The translations under genes and the position numbers were made by a program. The notes beneath the pieces are model-generated. The model was given only the letters and a program-made list of their open reading frames with translations. It searched no databases and was not told where the DNA came from. 64,000 nt of DNA, taken from contig CBDDPY010000002.1 in assembly GCA_965232515.1 (NCBI GenBank), forward strand, positions 4,128,001 through 4,192,000. Reading direction: 5' to 3'. Source of the DNA: Alphaproteobacteria bacterium (lineage in GTDB: Bacteria; Pseudomonadota; Alphaproteobacteria; GCA-2731375). This document shows positions 37,769 to 47,189 of this stretch, one piece after another (position 1 is the stretch's first letter; every line of letters begins with the position of its first letter).

Positions 37769-38872
37769 ATGAACTTCCGTGCCGCCGTCCTGCACCGGAT
37801 CGACGAACCGCTCGCGATCGAGGAGGTCAAGACCACGGATCTGAAGCCGACCGACGTGCTGATCCGCAATCACGCGAGCGGCCTCTGCCATACCGATCTC
37901 GAGGTGATCCAGGGGTCGCTCGCCTATCCGCTGCCGATCATCCTGGGTCACGAAGGCGCGGGCGTGGTTGAAGCGGTCGGCGCCGATGTCACCCACGTGC
38001 GGCCGGGCGACCATGTCGTCGCCTCGTGGAACCCGCATTGCGGTCACTGCTTCTACTGCGATCAGGACCAGCCGATCCTGTGCGAGCCGTTCGGCGCGCA
38101 CCAGCCGCAAGGGCGGCTGCTGGACGGCAGCTCGCGGCTGTCGCTCGGCGGCGGACCGCTGCATCACTTCTCCATGGTCTGCTCGCACGCCGAATACAGC
38201 ATCGTGCCGGAATCCGGCGCCATCACCGTGCCGCGCGACTTTCCGTTCGACCGTGCCTGCCTGATCGGCTGCGGCGTGATGACCGGTGTCGGCGGCGTAC
38301 TCAACGTCGCCAACGCCCAGGTCGGCGAAAGCGTCGCCGTGATCGGCTGCGGCGCCGTCGGCCTGAACGCGATCCAGGGCGCACGGTTGGCCCGAGCCGA
38401 GCCGATCATCGCCATCGACACCTCCGCTGAGAAGCTTGCGCTCGCCGAGACCTTCGGCGCCACGGAGCTGATCGACGCCAGCCAAAACGAGGCGATACCG
38501 GCGGTGCAATCGCTGACCAACGGCCGCGGCGCCGACAACGTCATCGAGTGCGGCGGCAACGAGGCGGCCTTCCGGCTCGCCTTCGAGATCGCCCGGCCCG
38601 GCGCCGATATCGTGCTGCTGGGCAAGACCAACGTCGACAGCAACGTCTCGTTCCGCTGGGGCGCGATGATGGGCGAGAAGCGCATGACGCGCTCCAGCTA
38701 CGGCCGGGCGCGGCCGCGGCAGCATTTCCCCATGCTGGCCAAGCTCTATCTCGACGGCGACCTGCTGCTCGACGAGCTGATCAGCCGGCGCCTCCGGCTC
38801 GATCAGATCAACGACGGCTTCGCCGACATGGCCGCCGGCCGTATCGTCCGGGCGGTGGTGGAGATGGCGTAG
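37769..38872 (+). CDS. Zn-dependent alcohol dehydrogenase
   Basis: GLCHTD, GHEGAG, CGHCFYC...C, IGCGVMTG, GCGAVG. Confidence 0.92.
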   Translation: MNFRAAVLHRIDEPLAIEEVKTTDLKPTDVLIRNHASGLCHTDLEVIQGSLAYPLPIILGHEGAGVVEAVGADVTHVRPGDHVVASWNPHCGHCFYCDQDQPILCEPFGAHQPQGRLLDGSSRLSLGGGPLHHFSMVCSHAEYSIVPESGAITVPRDFPFDRACLIGCGVMTGVGGVLNVANAQVGESVAVIGCGAVGLNAIQGARLARAEPIIAIDTSAEKLALAETFGATELIDASQNEAIPAVQSLTNGRGADNVIECGGNEAAFRLAFEIARPGADIVLLGKTNVDSNVSFRWGAMMGEKRMTRSSYGRARPRQHFPMLAKLYLDGDLLLDELISRRLRLDQINDGFADMAAGRIVRAVVEMA

Positions 38873-38877
38873 CGACC

Positions 38878-39660
38878 TTACGGCGCCCCGCTCCAGCCGA
38901 GCTGCCGGGAGATGTCCACCGCCGCCTCGGCCAGCGCCGCGCGCACCGTTTCGACATCGGAGCCGCCGTGTAGCGGTGTCAGGATCGGCACCGTCAGCGC
39001 CGCCACGGCGGCGCCGCTGTGGTCCAGGATGGGATAGCTGATGTCGGCCATGCCGTTGATGAAGTCGCTGTCGCAGTGTTCATAGCCACGCGCATCGATG
39101 GCGGCGAGCCTGTCCAGCACCGTCTGGCGCTCGGCCCGTTTCGGCACCTGCGCCGGCAGATCCGCCAACCAACGCGTGCGCACGTCGTCGGGTTGATGCG
39201 CCAGCAACACCCGGCCCGAGGCCGACTGAAACAGCGGGAACAGGCCACCCATGCGCACCAGAAAGCCCATGGCCTCCGGGCTTTCTTCCTGCGCGACGAT
39301 CATGATCTGACGCTGATGGTGCACCGCCAGATGGCAGGACTGCTGCACCGCCGCCGCCAGCCGTCGCATGGCCGGCAACGCCGCCCGCAACAGCTGCTTC
39401 GTCGGCGCCTGGCGGTGACTCAGCTCGAACAGCCGCAGCGTCAGGTAATAGAGATCCTCCGGCCGCGTGCGATAGACATAGCCCCGCTGCTCCAACGTCT
39501 CCAGCATGCGAAAGATCTCGCTGACCGAACGGCCCAGGCGCTCGGCGATCTGTTTCTGGGTGATGCCGTCCGCCTGATCGGCCAGCAGCTCCAGGATGTC
39601 GAGCCCCTTCTCCAGCGCCGGGGCGCTGTAACGGCCATTGGTCGTGGCGCGGGCCGCCAT
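38878..39660 (-). CDS. IclR-family transcriptional regulator
   Basis: YSAPALEKGLDILELL, SVSEIFRML, SASGRVLLA. Confidence 0.92.
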   Translation of the reverse strand: MAARATTNGRYSAPALEKGLDILELLADQADGITQKQIAERLGRSVSEIFRMLETLEQRGYVYRTRPEDLYYLTLRLFELSHRQAPTKQLLRAALPAMRRLAAAVQQSCHLAVHHQRQIMIVAQEESPEAMGFLVRMGGLFPLFQSASGRVLLAHQPDDVRTRWLADLPAQVPKRAERQTVLDRLAAIDARGYEHCDSDFINGMADISYPILDHSGAAVAALTVPILTPLHGGSDVETVRAALAEAAVDISRQLGWSGAP

Positions 39661-39702
39661 TTTTTGTTCCGGCCGCATCACCCGCTCGCATTTTTATGGA
39701 AG

Positions 39703-39724
39703 GAAAGCGCTTTCATAGATAAAA
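39703..39724. promoter_or_regulatory. Operator-like palindromes in the iclR/phyH divergent promoter
   Basis: GAAAGCGCTTTC perfect palindrome overlapping TTTCATAGATAAAA. Confidence 0.45.
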
Positions 39725-39843
39725 TATATAGCCTGGTCGGTGCGTGTGCCCAGCGGCGGCGGAGATTAGGCAGACGCCGCCGCCGTGGCAAGACACGACC
39801 GGCCGAAACGAACGTTTGACGACGCGATTGGACGGAGGAAACG

Positions 39844-40710
39844 ATGACGGCAAGCCTGTCGGCCGAGGCGGTGCAAGCTTACGAGCGGGACGGCTACTAC
39901 TTTCCGCTTCGCGTCATGCCGGCCGACCGGATGGCCGAGCGTTACGAGCGCATGCAGGCGTTCGCCGCGGCGCATCCGGGCGAGGCCAAGCGCGCCTTCG
40001 GCGCCAAGTGCCACCTGCTGTTCCCCTGGCTCTACGACGTCGTCGCCGACGACACGATCCTGGACGCCGTCGAGTCGGTGATCGGGCCGAACATCCTCTG
40101 CTGGAGCTCTGGTTTCTTCAACAAGGATGCGCACGATCCGGCCATCGTCAGCTGGCATCAGGATTCGACCTATTGGGGCCTCGACCCCATGGACATCATC
40201 ACCGCCTGGGTCGCCTTCACGCCGAGCACGATCGACAGCGGCTGCATGCGCGTGATCCCCGGTACCCATACTGTGGGCCAGCTACGCCACGAGGATACCT
40301 TCGCCGAGCACAACCTGTTGAGCCGCGGGCAGGAGATCGTCGACGACATCGATGTGTCCAAGGCGGTGGACATCGAACTGCAGCCGGGCGAGATGTCCCT
40401 GCATCACGTGCGCATCGTGCACGGCTCCGGCCCCAACCGGACCGACATGCCGCGCTTCGGGCTGACCATCCGCTACATCCCGACGCATGTGCGCCAGCAC
40501 GGCGGCCGCACCACGGCGACGCTCGTGCGCGGCGTCGACGACGACAACCACTTCGACCCCGAGCCTCGGCCGACCGCCGACTACGACGAGGCCGCGCTCG
40601 CCTTCCACACCGACGCCATCGAACGTGTCGAGCGCATCCTCTACGAATCCGCCACCGAAACCGGCCGCCGCACGACCGGTGCGGCAGCGACACCGCCACC
40701 GGCGGAGTAA
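39844..40710 (+). CDS. Phytanoyl-CoA dioxygenase-family Fe(II)/2OG oxygenase
   Basis: WHQDSTYW (HxD), GCMRVIPGTH, HGSGPN...R. Confidence 0.9.
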   Translation: MTASLSAEAVQAYERDGYYFPLRVMPADRMAERYERMQAFAAAHPGEAKRAFGAKCHLLFPWLYDVVADDTILDAVESVIGPNILCWSSGFFNKDAHDPAIVSWHQDSTYWGLDPMDIITAWVAFTPSTIDSGCMRVIPGTHTVGQLRHEDTFAEHNLLSRGQEIVDDIDVSKAVDIELQPGEMSLHHVRIVHGSGPNRTDMPRFGLTIRYIPTHVRQHGGRTTATLVRGVDDDNHFDPEPRPTADYDEAALAFHTDAIERVERILYESATETGRRTTGAAATPPPAE

Positions 40711-40717
40711 CGGCGCG

Positions 40718-41074
40718 CTACTGCTTCTTCGCTGACCGCACCGCCGTCCGGCAACGTTTGAGGGCGGCATCCGCCGCCTTGGCGGTGTCGGTGCAGGCGG
40801 TGACGAGGTGGCGGCACTGGCTGACGGTGCGGCGGGCGCAGGCGCCCGTGCCCGCCTGGCGGCCGTAGCGGCCGAGGGTGTAGCTGGAATGGCCGGTGTT
40901 GCAGGCCTTCGCATCGGCGCGCAGCCGGTCGACGATTTTCTGGTAGCCGGCGTAAAGCGCCGTGCAGGCGCTGGCGTCGGTTGGTCGAAGCGGATCGGGC
41001 GGCAGGGCAATCTCTTCCGCATGCGCGAGGCCGGATGCAAAACAGATCAGCCCGGCCGCAGCCCAACGCCGCAT
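40718..41074 (-). CDS. Small exported Cys-rich protein
   Basis: MRRWAAAGLICFASGLAHA signal; six Cys in the mature part; starts 2 bp after the desaturase stop. Confidence 0.6.
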   Translation of the reverse strand: MRRWAAAGLICFASGLAHAEEIALPPDPLRPTDASACTALYAGYQKIVDRLRADAKACNTGHSSYTLGRYGRQAGTGACARRTVSQCRHLVTACTDTAKAADAALKRCRTAVRSAKKQ

Positions 41075-41076
41075 GG

Positions 41077-41925
41077 TCAGACGGTCGGCTGGCCGTGTTG
41101 GCGCACGACCGGGGTGGCGTCGGCGGGACCGCGGAAAGGCTGTACCAGCATTTGGTCGAGGCGCTGGTCGCGTGGCGTGCGGAAGCGTTCGAGGCCGATT
41201 GTCATGCCGGCATGGCCGGCCGCCGGCTGCGCGCGATAAGTGCCGAACAGGCGGTCCCAGACCGACAGGTTGAAGCCGAAGTTGCTGTTGGTCTCGCGCG
41301 GCACCACGGAATGGTGGACACGGTGCATGTCGGGCGTGACGAACAACGTGCGTAGCGTGCGGTCCAGGCCGGCAGGCAAGCTCACGTTGCCGTGGTTGAA
41401 CATGGCCATGCCGTTCAACACCACCTCGAAGATCAGCACGGCCAGCGCCGGCGCGCCCAGCGCCACGACGACGAGGAATTTCAAGCCCATCGACAGCAGG
41501 ATCTCGATCGGGTGAAAGCGCGCCGCCGTGGTGACGTCGAAGTCCTGGTCCGCGTGGTGCATGCGGTGCAGCCGCCAGAACACAGGCACGGCGTGAAAGA
41601 CCACATGCTGAAGATAGATCGCCAGATCCAGCAGCACGACGGCGAGCAGCACCGCGAGCCAGGCCGGCAGCGCCACGACGTTGAACAGACCCCAGCCCTG
41701 CTGCGCGGCGAAGACGGCGAAGCCGACGGCAGCGGTCGGCAGGCCGATGCGCACAATCACGGTGTTCAGCGCGAAGATGCCGAGATTCGACGGCCAGCGC
41801 GTCAGGCGCGACAGCGACAGCCGCCGGCGCGGCGCCAGCAGCTCCCACAACAGCATCGATGCGAACACGGCCGCGAAGCAGGCGAGCCGCACCGTGGGCT
41901 CGTGCATCAGGATCGTCTCGGTCAT
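41077..41925 (-). CDS. Sterol desaturase/fatty-acid hydroxylase family protein
   Basis: His boxes HVVFH, HRMHH, HRVHH; NSNFG. Confidence 0.9.
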   Translation of the reverse strand: MTETILMHEPTVRLACFAAVFASMLLWELLAPRRRLSLSRLTRWPSNLGIFALNTVIVRIGLPTAAVGFAVFAAQQGWGLFNVVALPAWLAVLLAVVLLDLAIYLQHVVFHAVPVFWRLHRMHHADQDFDVTTAARFHPIEILLSMGLKFLVVVALGAPALAVLIFEVVLNGMAMFNHGNVSLPAGLDRTLRTLFVTPDMHRVHHSVVPRETNSNFGFNLSVWDRLFGTYRAQPAAGHAGMTIGLERFRTPRDQRLDQMLVQPFRGPADATPVVRQHGQPTV

Positions 41926-42050
41926 CGCCCCATCAGCCTACGCCTCTACGCGGCGGTGACGCCAATAACGTTTCCCGGCGTCGATGTGATTGCATTGTGC
42001 GCGAACGCCGCTCTACACTCATATCTGTTATAACCAGTATGAAGGTTATC

Positions 42051-42482
42051 ATGACCACCAAGACCTATACTGGCGGCTGCCTGTGCGGCGCCGTGCGTTA
42101 CGAGGCGAGCGTCGCACCGGCCAACAGCCACTTCTGCCACTGCCGCATGTGCCAGCAGGCGACGGGCAACGTGTTCGCCATGTTCGTCAACTTTCCCACG
42201 GACAAGTTCCGCTTCACCGGCGCCGCGCCGAAGCGCTACCGCTCTTCGTCCTTCGCCGAGCGCGGCTTCTGCGCCGAATGCGGCACGCCGATCCTGTTTC
42301 AGTACGACAACCACAAGGATCGCATCGGCATCACGCTCGGCAGCCTCGATCATCCGGAGGTCGCGCCGCCGGAACGTCATATCGGCATGGAAAGCCATGT
42401 GCCTTGGCTCGCCATCGACGACGGTTTGCCGAGCATTGAGACCAAACTCGGCCCGGAAGTTACCGATGTGGAGATCGGCTGA
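42051..42482 (+). CDS. GFA/CENP-V family protein
   Basis: GGCLCGAVRY, CHCRMCQ, RGFCAECGT. Confidence 0.9.
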   Translation: MTTKTYTGGCLCGAVRYEASVAPANSHFCHCRMCQQATGNVFAMFVNFPTDKFRFTGAAPKRYRSSSFAERGFCAECGTPILFQYDNHKDRIGITLGSLDHPEVAPPERHIGMESHVPWLAIDDGLPSIETKLGPEVTDVEIG

Positions 42483-42683
42483 ACGCTGCCAGCCAAACTA
42501 TTTTGCGACCCGGCGAATAAAAGTCGTCGAATCACGCGTCAGAACGGTACCCGTAACCGCGAAGCTTGGTTAACATGACACTTGAATCGGCGGCGCCGCA
42601 TGACCGGCCGATTCGGGGACAGAAGGGCGGCGTCATGCGGAAGCACAAGAAACCGGGCCGCCGCCCGCAGCGGAGGCGTGTCA

Positions 42684-43256
42684 ATGTTCACCGAACCAAA
42701 CGGTGTGCAGGTGCTGGACAATTTGTTGCAGGACCTGCAGCAGGCTGAAGAGGGCGGCCGCAAGCTCGATATTCTGATTTCCTTTGTCATCGGCGAAACG
42801 CCGGCCCGGCATCGGCCGGTGATCAAGATCCTGTTGGAAGACGAAACCAAGACGGCGCTGATCTGCAAGCTGATCGGCGAAGACTTTCCCCGCTACACCG
42901 AATCGCTGGATGCGAATCTGCCGGACGAGAATATCGTCCTGTCGATGTATTCCGAGGCGCGCGGCAAGTGGGCCGCGGCGCACAAGCCGGCGAGCGGCGA
43001 GGAAGTCGTGGCTTGGGCGGCGACCGAGGCGCTGGCGCGGCGGTCGGCCGCACTGAAAGCGCGACAGGCCGCAACCGTGGAAACCAGCGCCGCCGAGCCC
43101 CCGGCGCGGGCGGCAACCACCATAGACCGCAGCGCCCGGATCGCCGAAGCGCCGCGCATCGTCCGGCCGCGGCCGGTGCCGGCGCGTACCGAACCGCCAA
43201 TTGCGCCGCCGGTTCAGGCCGATGCGGCGACAGAAGATTGGGATATCCGCTTTTGA
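42684..43256 (+). CDS. Hypothetical protein, possible phage ABA-sandwich-like domain plus disordered tail
   Basis: LDILI...PRYTESLDA...WAA...AATEALARRSAALKA; RBS GGAGG. Confidence 0.65.
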   Translation: MFTEPNGVQVLDNLLQDLQQAEEGGRKLDILISFVIGETPARHRPVIKILLEDETKTALICKLIGEDFPRYTESLDANLPDENIVLSMYSEARGKWAAAHKPASGEEVVAWAATEALARRSAALKARQAATVETSAAEPPARAATTIDRSARIAEAPRIVRPRPVPARTEPPIAPPVQADAATEDWDIRF

Positions 43257-43372
43257 TGTTTGTCACATAACACCAGCGGCCGCCGGCACTGACCCCGTGA
43301 GTCGATGCCGGCGCGGCATCGTGGGCGACCGCCGACCCGAGCCATGGCCTGAGACAGCAGGAGTTGGGGGAT

Positions 43373-44227
43373 ATGATTGATCCAGGGGCTGGTCCCGACC
43401 CTGAGGGGGACGGGCCATATGTCATCGTGGTCGGCAATGCCAAAGGCGGTACCGGCAAATCGACTACGGCCATGCATCTCATCGTCGCCCTGCTACGGCT
43501 GGGCTATCGAGTCGGCAGCGTCGACCTCGACGGCCGCCAGGGCACGCTGACGCGCTACTTGACCAATCGCGAGAACTACGCCCGCGACGCGGCGACCCCG
43601 CCACGCCTGCCGGTGCATATCTGTCTCTGCCCGTCGGAGCTGACCGACCGGACCGCGGCGGAAGCCGACGAACAGGCCCGGTTCGACGCGGCGCTGAAAA
43701 CGCTCGCCGATTGCGACTTCATCATCATCGACACGCCGGGCAGCGATTCCCATCTGGCGCGGCTCGGGCACCTGACCGCCGACACCTTGATCACGCCGAT
43801 GAACGACAGCTTCATCGACATCGACGTGCTGGCGCATATCGACCGGGAAAAGCGCCAAGTGCTGGCGCCCAGCACCTACACGCAGATGGTCTGGGAGCAG
43901 TACAACCGGCGCATCGCCAACGGCCAGACGCCAATCGACTGGATCGTGCTGCGAAATCGCCTCGCGCACATCGAGGCGCGCAACATGCGCGACATCGGCC
44001 GCCTGATGGAGCAGCTCGCCAAGCGGCTCGGCTTTCGGCTGGCGCCGGGCTTCGGCGAACGCGTGGTGTTTCGTGAACTGTTTCTGAACGGCCTCACGCT
44101 GCTCGACCTGCCGACCGACGACGCGACCGCCGATCAGAACCGCAGCCATGTCTCCGGCCGGCAGGAAATCCAGGACCTGCTGCAGGCGATCGGCCTGCCT
44201 ACGGCGCTGGGCGCGGCAACCGGCTAG
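43373..44227 (+). CDS. mipZ: Division plane positioning ATPase MipZ
   Basis: VVGNAKGGTGKSTTAMH, DTLITPMNDSFIDID, DWIVLRNRL, GFGERVVFRELFLNGLTLLD. Confidence 0.9.
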   Translation: MIDPGAGPDPEGDGPYVIVVGNAKGGTGKSTTAMHLIVALLRLGYRVGSVDLDGRQGTLTRYLTNRENYARDAATPPRLPVHICLCPSELTDRTAAEADEQARFDAALKTLADCDFIIIDTPGSDSHLARLGHLTADTLITPMNDSFIDIDVLAHIDREKRQVLAPSTYTQMVWEQYNRRIANGQTPIDWIVLRNRLAHIEARNMRDIGRLMEQLAKRLGFRLAPGFGERVVFRELFLNGLTLLDLPTDDATADQNRSHVSGRQEIQDLLQAIGLPTALGAATG

Positions 44228-44240
44228 AAGACGGTCGCGG

Positions 44241-46046
44241 CTAAGACCGCGGCAACGCGACCACGACCAGACAGTCCTGATTGCCGGCCTTGAACCGGGC
44301 GCAATAGCTTTCGGCGTTGGCGCGTGCGACGAACGGGCCGGTGCGCACGCGGACATAAGCATTGCCGCCCCGGCGGCTGTCGATGATCAGGTTCAACCCG
44401 TCCGTCAATTCGGGAAAGTCTTCCCGCAGCTCGGCCCAAAGCCGTTCGGCATGGGTCGTCGACTTCACCGAAGCGAGCTGAATGACGAAGCGGCCATCCG
44501 CCGCCATCGCGTCCGGCGTCTCGGTGCCGGGTTTGCTCAACGGCACGGGCGGTGCGTCGTCGGGCCGGTCCGGGACCAGCGCGGAGGTTTCATCCTCCTC
44601 GTCGCCGGCGCGGCTGCCCTGTTCCTCGGCCGACGGCTCGGCGGCCGATGGCGCTTCGCCGTCCGACCGCGAGGACGGCGACGGCAGCGTCACGTTGCCA
44701 TAGGCCTTCTTCACGACGATGGCGAAATTGTGCTCGCCGCCCGGCAGCGGCTCGTCGGTCTGGAACACCCACTCGCCCGCCGGCGTCGCGGTGACCGTGC
44801 CGATCGGCTCGCCATTGTCGAGCAGGATCAGCTCGGCATCCGGCGCGGCGCGGCCGACGATGATGCCGTCGCCCTCGGACGAGATGCGCACGAGGTCGAT
44901 GCTCGGCGCCGTCTCGGCGTTGCCCGCCTCGGGCACCACGCTGGGCGGCGGTGCGGCGGCCGCGGCAACCTCGGCCAGGGTATCGCGCTTGTCCGTCGGC
45001 GTCGCTGCCGGCGGCGGTGCATCGGTGTTATCGGACGCCTCGCTTTCGGGTGCCGGCGGCGTTACCGCGTCGCGGGACGCGGGCGCTTCCGGCATCGCGC
45101 GCTCGGCCGGCGCGGTGTTGTTCGGTGTCGGAGTCGACGCCGCCGGCGCCGTATCGGTCGCCGCGCCCTCGCCGGCACCTTCCGTGGCCGGCGCCTCGGC
45201 GGCCGGACCGTAGACCAGCGTCAGCACATGTCCGGCCAACCGCCGGAACTCGGCCTGCAGGCCCGGCGACTGCTGGACGGCATACCAACCGGCCACGGCC
45301 GATGCCGCAAAGATCGCGGCGGACAACAGCAACGTGCGCCCGCGACGCCGCTCGGGCATCGCCGGTTCCGCCGCGGCTAGCCGATCCGACGGCGACGCCG
45401 CCATCGGCGTCACCGGTGTCGGTTCGGCCGGCGGCGTTGTCGCGGCTGCAACGGCGGGCGTTTCGTCATCGGGTTCCGGTTCCGCCGCCGGTTCGTCGGG
45501 CGCGGCCGGGTCCGCGACAGGTGCGGCGTCAGGTTCGGATGCCGCGACTTCGGTCGAGTCGGCTTCCGCCCTGTCGGCATCGGTCCCGGCGTCCGACGGC
45601 TCGTCCGTGGTTGAGGGTTCTGCGACGGTTTCGGCCACCGTCGATTCCGACGCATGGCTCGGCACGGCGGCGTCGCCGCCGGTTTCGACGTCCGTTTCGT
45701 CTTCCGACGGCGTCTCGGCCGCCGGCGTCGGCGCCGCGTTGCAAAAATCGTCGCCGCCGGGCCGATCGTCCGACCGCGCCTCGACCGCGACCCGCAGATC
45801 GGTCAGCGCGGCTTCCGGCGCGACCTCCTCGGCGACGACGTCGCCAACACGGCTCTCCCGGTCGTCGTCGGATCGCGCCGTATCGTCGCGCGGCGGATGC
45901 AACGCCGTGACCACGGCAGTCGGTCCCGCCTGGCCGGTCGGCGGGGTGACCGAACGATAGACGTCATGATCCAGGGCGGCCGGCTTCGCCGCCCCTTTTC
46001 GCGCCAGCAACGAACTCGTCAGCGACGCCGCCTTCTCTGCGGTCAT
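44241..46046 (-). CDS. Bitopic membrane protein: basic N-terminal peptide, acidic linker, TM, Ig-like domain, SPOR domain
   Basis: ASLTSSLLARKGAAKPA; TM TLLLSAAIFAASAVAGWYAV; IDLVRISSEGDGIIVGRAAP; FVIQLAS...VRVRTGPF...C...C. Confidence 0.82.
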   Translation of the reverse strand: MTAEKAASLTSSLLARKGAAKPAALDHDVYRSVTPPTGQAGPTAVVTALHPPRDDTARSDDDRESRVGDVVAEEVAPEAALTDLRVAVEARSDDRPGGDDFCNAAPTPAAETPSEDETDVETGGDAAVPSHASESTVAETVAEPSTTDEPSDAGTDADRAEADSTEVAASEPDAAPVADPAAPDEPAAEPEPDDETPAVAAATTPPAEPTPVTPMAASPSDRLAAAEPAMPERRRGRTLLLSAAIFAASAVAGWYAVQQSPGLQAEFRRLAGHVLTLVYGPAAEAPATEGAGEGAATDTAPAASTPTPNNTAPAERAMPEAPASRDAVTPPAPESEASDNTDAPPPAATPTDKRDTLAEVAAAAAPPPSVVPEAGNAETAPSIDLVRISSEGDGIIVGRAAPDAELILLDNGEPIGTVTATPAGEWVFQTDEPLPGGEHNFAIVVKKAYGNVTLPSPSSRSDGEAPSAAEPSAEEQGSRAGDEEDETSALVPDRPDDAPPVPLSKPGTETPDAMAADGRFVIQLASVKSTTHAERLWAELREDFPELTDGLNLIIDSRRGGNAYVRVRTGPFVARANAESYCARFKAGNQDCLVVVALPRS

Positions 46047-46750
46047 ACCGGCTCCTGCCGCAGCGCGCGATCGGCCGCGGTGGCGGCCGCCGCCAGCGGA
46101 CCCGGGATCGGGAAGTGCCGGCGCGACACGTTGCCGTCAAGGCGATCCCGCAGATAGCCCCAGAGCTCGGCGATCTCGGCCGCCGAGCGCGACTTGCCCG
46201 GCAGCTCCATGACGGTGCGACCGTCGATCATGCTGCTGGCGAAATCGACGCGTTGATGAACGACCGTGGGCGCCAGCGTGCCGTGGCGCGACAGCACGGT
46301 CACGGCTTCGGCCGTGATCCGCGCGCGCATGGCGGCGCCGTTCAAGACGAATATCAAGGGCTTCCCCAAATGCTCCACCAACTCGACGGTGGCGCCGATC
46401 GACCGCAAGTCGTGCGGACTCGGCCGAGTCGGGATCACCACCAGATCGCTGACGTCGATCACATCCTTGATCAACGACGTCAGCGCCGGCGGCGTATCGA
46501 TGACCAACAGCTCGACGCCGAGGTTCTTCAGTTCGGCGATATCGTCGGACAAACGTGAGACCGCGGTATGCACGAAGTAAGGTGTCGGCGCCGATCGCGC
46601 GTTCCACCATTCGGCCAAACTACCTTGTGGGTCGACATCGACCAACGCGACCGGCCCGGCACCATCCAGCTCGGCCTGCACACCAAGGTGTCCCGCTAAC
46701 GTCGTCTTGCCCGAGCCGCCTTTACGCGAGGCAACGGCAATCACCCGCAT
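46043..46750 (-). CDS. Orphan ParA-family ATPase
   Basis: Deviant Walker A RKGGSGKTT, DVDPQGSL, IDTPP, PTRPSPHDL; 4-bp overlap with the downstream gene. Confidence 0.92.
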   Translation of the reverse strand: MRVIAVASRKGGSGKTTLAGHLGVQAELDGAGPVALVDVDPQGSLAEWWNARSAPTPYFVHTAVSRLSDDIAELKNLGVELLVIDTPPALTSLIKDVIDVSDLVVIPTRPSPHDLRSIGATVELVEHLGKPLIFVLNGAAMRARITAEAVTVLSRHGTLAPTVVHQRVDFASSMIDGRTVMELPGKSRSAAEIAELWGYLRDRLDGNVSRRHFPIPGPLAAAATAADRALRQEPV

Positions 46751-47189
46751 CTGTCGATTCTCCCTACCACGCACGAGCCGCAGTTACACCCCCGACTCGT
46801 TTTCTTGGTTCTAACCGAGTGCCCGTTCTCGATCCCAACCGAATGCCCGACAGAAAACCTACATATGCCCCTTTAATGTCACGACGTTACTATATCGGCG
46901 AATCGCGCGGAAGCATCCCGTGAAGACGAACCCAACATCACCGCGCAAATGCATCGTTCTTGACTATCGCCGATCGGCCGGAAACGCTGCGAATACCGCC
47001 ATTATCAGGCTGTTGTCGCCGCCCGAACTCGGCGACAAAAAAATTTCTCGCGACACTCGATCGTCGCCCCCGATTCCCGCGGAAACGCCAAACTGCCGTA
47101 AGCTCGATGTCAACTGATTCGCTGGACGGCGGCCAAGACCCGCATCGCGGGCCCGAGGCGCCGCCGGCTCCGATAGGGGTGGCCAGGAC

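Noticed and set aside
44900-45900. Tandem repeat or array in the low-complexity region
   Set aside because: Encodes Ala/Pro/Glu/Asp-rich linkers without fixed-period repeats.
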